Translations under genes and position numbers: made by a program
Source: Dickeya solani IPO 2222
Lineage (GTDB): Bacteria; Pseudomonadota; Gammaproteobacteria; Enterobacterales; Enterobacteriaceae
Length of the DNA: 32,000 nucleotides
Direction: 5' to 3'
Assembly (NCBI RefSeq): GCF_001644705.1
Contig: NZ_CP015137.1
Location: forward strand, 900,001-932,000
Notes under the pieces: generated by a model
Seen by the model: only the letters and a program-made list of their open reading frames with translations
The model's database searches: none
Told to the model about the DNA's origin: nothing
Shown: positions 27,670-32,000 of the stretch, piece by piece
Position numbering within the stretch: position 1 is the first letter of the stretch
How the letters are laid out: each line of letters begins with the position of its first letter

Positions 27670-28305
27670 TCAACGCCGACTATCCACCAGCATTTTTACC
27701 GCCAGCCCAGCCAGCACCGTCCCCATCAGCCAGCGCTGAACGCGTTGCCACAATGGGCGCTCTGCCAAAAAGGCCGCAATGTACCCCGCCGCCATCACCA
27801 ACGACGCATTGACCGTCATGCTGATAGCTATCTGGGTGATGCCCAGCGTCAGCGACTGCGCCAGTACACTCCCCTGTTCCGGGCGGATAAATTGCGGCAG
27901 CAGCGAAAGATAAAGTATCGCAGCTTTAGGATTCAGCAGGTTGGTGACAAGCCCCATGACAAACAGGCGGCGATTGCTGTCCGGTTTCAGCTCGCGCAGT
28001 TGAAAAGGCGATGCACCGCCGCGCACAGCCTGCCAGGCCAGCCACAGTAAATACAACGCACCAGCAATTCGCAGCGCATCGTAGGCCAGCGGTACGGCCA
28101 TTACAATGGCGGTAATACCGAGCGCTGCCGCGCTCATATAGAACAGGAATCCCAGCGCAACGCCTGACAACGACACCAGACCGGCTCGCCGTCCCTGACA
28201 TACAGTACGCGAGAGCAGGTAAATCATATTCGGACCGGGCGTCAACACCAGCCCTAACGCAATGGCGGCAAACGGTAACAGCTGGGACGAACTGATCATC
28301 ATCAA
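27670..28305 (-). CDS. LysE/RhtB-family amino-acid efflux transporter
   Basis: 211-aa polytopic ORF with the family N-terminal signature ..LVLTPGPNMIYLLSRT...GRRAG.... and ..NLLNPKA.L..LSLLPQF... Confidence 0.8.
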   Translation of the reverse strand: MMMISSSQLLPFAAIALGLVLTPGPNMIYLLSRTVCQGRRAGLVSLSGVALGFLFYMSAAALGITAIVMAVPLAYDALRIAGALYLLWLAWQAVRGGASPFQLRELKPDSNRRLFVMGLVTNLLNPKAAILYLSLLPQFIRPEQGSVLAQSLTLGITQIAISMTVNASLVMAAGYIAAFLAERPLWQRVQRWLMGTVLAGLAVKMLVDSRR

Positions 28306-28406
28306 ACCTCGGTAAACGGCAGACAGTCCTCAGATGTAACTGTTTTTGGCCGCCGCCTCAATCTCATTTCGTGCCTGCCGTCATCACGACGAACCGGCGC
28401 TGCCGA

Positions 28407-29060
28407 TTACTCTGCCGGCGGATAGCGGTAATCCCAACGGAAAAAACCGTGATCCTGAAACGAGCCAGACAGTAACGACTGCTTTCGTGTTTTGACATAG
28501 TTTGGCGGCGGGCAGGAGACATTGCACATCCAGTAACCGGGAAACCAGCTTTCCATGCCGGGCAGCTGCGCTATTTTCGTATCCAGCGGGTTAAGCTCCG
28601 GCAACGAGTAGTAAACGAATTCACCGATAGAGTGCTCAACCCACTCCTCGGCGATCCCCAGCTCTGATAATGGGTTGGGATGCAGCGGCGAACGGGCCAG
28701 ATCGACAAACTCATTAACATGGTTCATCGACCAACCACAAAACTCCAGCGAGCGCTGCCGCTCCGCCATTTCGTATAACCGATCCACCGAGATTGCCGGC
28801 AGCGGGTCAGGCTGTTCGGGGAAAAATTCATTGTGCTTTTGCAGGCACAGCAGCAGATAAGATGCCACCAGCGCCCCCAGTTGGTGGATGACCAGAGCCG
28901 GATGCTCGCCAGCGCCACCACCGATAATCAGATTGTCTGGCGCACAGGAAAAATCGTCCGCTCCCCAGGGTGAATCCGTCACCTCTTCAAGCGGATGATA
29001 GATTGGCAATCCGTTAAGGAAGCCAACCAGTTCGTGTTTGATGGTATCGATGTAGCTCAT
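28407..29060 (-). CDS. Hypothetical cytoplasmic protein, no family recognised
   Basis: 217-aa ORF MSYIDTIKHELVGFLNGLPIYHPLEEVTDSPWGADDF... It is acidic and Trp/Pro-rich, with no TM segment or signal peptide. Codon composition resembles that of its neighbours. It is the only long ORF over this span. Confidence 0.6.
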   Translation of the reverse strand: MSYIDTIKHELVGFLNGLPIYHPLEEVTDSPWGADDFSCAPDNLIIGGGAGEHPALVIHQLGALVASYLLLCLQKHNEFFPEQPDPLPAISVDRLYEMAERQRSLEFCGWSMNHVNEFVDLARSPLHPNPLSELGIAEEWVEHSIGEFVYYSLPELNPLDTKIAQLPGMESWFPGYWMCNVSCPPPNYVKTRKQSLLSGSFQDHGFFRWDYRYPPAE

Positions 29061-29299
29061 GGTTACCGGCTTTTAAACAGTCATTAAGACAGATATCGGC
29101 GGGCATGGCCCGAATGGCGCTCTTCGCAGGGTACACCGTGTGCCTCGCCTTCTCCAGACCAATCTTTTCCGGACCACGGGTTACCGCACGAGACAAATCG
29201 ATCCTCCAGCCCCTGGCTCACCAGTCAGAATAAAACTGCACAAAGACCAACGGATAATAGTGGTAATTAACAGGTTTATTTTCAAATCAAAAAAGTTAA

Positions 29300-30210
<911 letters not shown>

Positions 30211-30641
30211 TAAACCTGCACGATTGCGCGACCTGCCGTCTGTTGCATGTCGCGTATTCTTACATCCTCACCGCGTCTTACGGCAGTCCGTGGTTGCCTT
30301 CACCGTGTTCCGTGTTCCCTATTCCCTGTTCAGGGCATGCCTATTAATTCGATAGAAACAACTGTCATTATCCGTTGTGTCAAAAACGGTAAAGTACCTG
30401 CAGTTGCTGTAGGCCTTTGTGACTCTCCAGTAACACCGGTGGTAATCACACCACTGACCATAAGCGAAAAACCGTTGCCCGTCATGATGACAGGTAAACC
30501 GCACTCACCAACAGGGTCCCCTTGTTATCAGCGTTCCTGATGGTGAATTTTCTCTGCTTATAGCTTCGAGCAGTGCAATGGACTCACAGCAATAACCAAA
30601 CCCTATTGTTGATAATAATCATACGGAAGATGAGGAAAGTT

Positions 30642-32000
30642 ATGAGCAATCACACCGCTACACATCGTGTCCCCGGCTGGCAAACGCCGCTGGTGATCGT
30701 GTCTTCACTGTTGATGGCCTACCCGGCGATGGCCGATATTCTGACTCGCGACAACGGCGCGTCGGTGGGCGATAACCAGAACTCGCAAACCGCCGGTCCC
30801 AACGGTCCGGTTCTGTTGCAGGATGTTCAGTTGCTGCAAAAACTGCAACGTTTTGATCGTGAACGCATTCCGGAACGTGTGGTTCACGCCCGCGGCACCG
30901 GCGCGCATGGGGAATTCACCGCCACTGAGGATATTTCGGATCTGACCATCGCCGAGGTATTCAAAAAAGGCAGCGAAACACCGGTATTCGTGCGTTTCTC
31001 CAGCGTAGTGCACGGCAATCACTCCCCGGAAACCCTGCGCGACCCGCGCGGTTTCGCCACCAAGTTCTATACCACGCAAGGCAACTGGGATTTAGTCGGC
31101 AACAACTTCCCCACCTTTTTCATCCGCGACGCCATCAAGTTCCCGGACATGGTGCACGCGTTCAAGCCTGACCCTCGCACCAATCAGGATAATGACGGGC
31201 GCCGGTTCGATTTCTTCTCTCACGTTCCGGAATCCATCCGTACCCTGACCCTGCTCTACTCCAACGAAGGTACGCCGGCCAGCTATCGCAACATGGACGG
31301 CAACGGCGTCCATGCCTACAAGTTGGTCAACGCCAAAGGCGAAGTGCATTACGTCAAATTCCACTGGAAAACCCTGCAGGGCTTGAAAAATCTCGACCCG
31401 AAACAGGTAGAGGAAGTTCAGGGCAAGGATTACAGCCACATGACCAACGATCTGGTGGCTGCCATCAACCGCGGCGATTACCCGAAATGGGATCTCTACA
31501 TTCAGGTGCTGACGCCGGAAGATCTGGCTAAGTTCGATTTCAACCCGCTGGACGCCACCAAAATCTGGCCGGGTGTGCCCGAACGTAAAATCGGCCAGAT
31601 GGTGCTGAACAAGAACCCGGACAACTTCTTCCAGGAAACCGAGCAGGTCGCCATGGCGCCGGCAAATCTGGTGCCAGGGATCGAACCGTCTGAAGACCGG
31701 CTGCTGCAAGGCCGTTTGTTCTCCTACGCCGATACCCAGATGTACCGACTGGGCGCTAACGGCCTGAGCCTGCCGATCAATGCCCCGCTGAAAAAAGCCA
31801 ACAACATCAATCAGGATGGCAGCCTGAACAGCGGCCACACGCAAGACAAAGGGGTGAATTACCAGCCGAGCCGTCTGTATCCGCGTGAAGAACTGGCCTC
31901 CGCGCGCTACAGCCAGACGCCGCTCAGCGGCACCACCCAGCAGCGCAAGATCCAGAAGGAGCAGAACTTCAGGCAGACCGGCGAACTGTATCGTTCTTAC
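30642..32000 (+). CDS. Monofunctional heme catalase with N-terminal Sec signal peptide (periplasmic), 3' end beyond the window
   Basis: Hand translation from ATG 30642 (GAGGAAAG SD upstream) stays open to 32000 (453 codons): MSNHTATHRVPGWQTPLVIVSSLLMAYPAMA|DILTRDNGASVGDNQNSQTAGPNGPVLLQDVQLLQKLQRFDRERIPERVVHARGTGAHGEF..RFSSV..PET.RDPRGFA.KFYT..GNWDLVGNN.P.FFIRD. These are canonical clade-3-type catalase motifs. It is missing from the ORF track because no stop lies inside the window. Confidence 0.92.
   Translation, partial: MSNHTATHRVPGWQTPLVIVSSLLMAYPAMADILTRDNGASVGDNQNSQTAGPNGPVLLQDVQLLQKLQRFDRERIPERVVHARGTGAHGEFTATEDISDLTIAEVFKKGSETPVFVRFSSVVHGNHSPETLRDPRGFATKFYTTQGNWDLVGNNFPTFFIRDAIKFPDMVHAFKPDPRTNQDNDGRRFDFFSHVPESIRTLTLLYSNEGTPASYRNMDGNGVHAYKLVNAKGEVHYVKFHWKTLQGLKNLDPKQVEEVQGKDYSHMTNDLVAAINRGDYPKWDLYIQVLTPEDLAKFDFNPLDATKIWPGVPERKIGQMVLNKNPDNFFQETEQVAMAPANLVPGIEPSEDRLLQGRLFSYADTQMYRLGANGLSLPINAPLKKANNINQDGSLNSGHTQDKGVNYQPSRLYPREELASARYSQTPLSGTTQQRKIQKEQNFRQTGELYRSY

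Noticed and set aside
30247-30540. ORF 30247-30540 (+, 97 aa) and ORF 30319-30504 (-, 61 aa) between budC and the catalase gene
   Set aside because: They are mutually overlapping, have no SD sequences, and show odd compositions (Cys/His/Trp/Tyr-rich or Pro/Val-rich) with no recognisable family. I treat the interval as the catalase promoter/regulatory region, but a small protein cannot be excluded.
30705-31844. Minus-strand ORFs 30705-31079 (124 aa) and 31092-31844 (250 aa)
   Set aside because: They are shadow ORFs antisense to the plus-strand catalase gene, which is missing from the track only because it has no stop inside the window.

Overview
The window splits into two parts. All homology calls below come from my memory of E. 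coli orthologs, and every coordinate was hand-indexed. No searches, folding or statistics were run.

Part A (1 to about 24100) is a conserved enterobacterial core block in E. coli-like order. The protein sequences and the presence of budC suggest a Dickeya/Pectobacteriaceae-like genome, but that is inference only. The order is clpB(5' end)-pgeF/yfiH-rluD | bamD | raiA | pheL-pheA | tyrA-aroF | (variable insert) | rplS-trmD-rimM-rpsP | ffh | ypjD | luxS | micA | gshA | yqaA-yqaB | tRNA-Arg x3 + tRNA-Ser | csrA | alaS | recX-recA (LexA box) | pncC. The E. coli yfiLRNB position between aroF and rplS instead holds a lipoprotein and an orphan SAM-methyltransferase.

Part B (about 24100 to 32000) is an accessory, decayed region. 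It contains:
- an orphan terminator
- a GNAT-like gene remnant carrying a 14-bp x3 tandem repeat
- an ORF with one in-frame TGA, sitting behind a near-consensus sigma-28 (FliA) promoter
- an ~870-bp ORF-free, AT-rich gap
- an SRPBCC protein, a cybB-like cytochrome b561, a LysE-family exporter, an unrecognisable 217-aa protein, budC, and a signal-peptide-bearing catalase that runs off the window

The most interesting signal is in the AT-rich gap. It holds four tandem minus-strand units of constant architecture: a conserved upstream box, a body of roughly 90 nt, and a near-identical GCCCACC/GGTGGGC-T8 intrinsic terminator. A looser fifth copy lies 1.6 kb away. I read these as a candidate multicopy small-RNA family that I cannot match to any sRNA I know.

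No IS, integrase, CRISPR or rRNA was seen.
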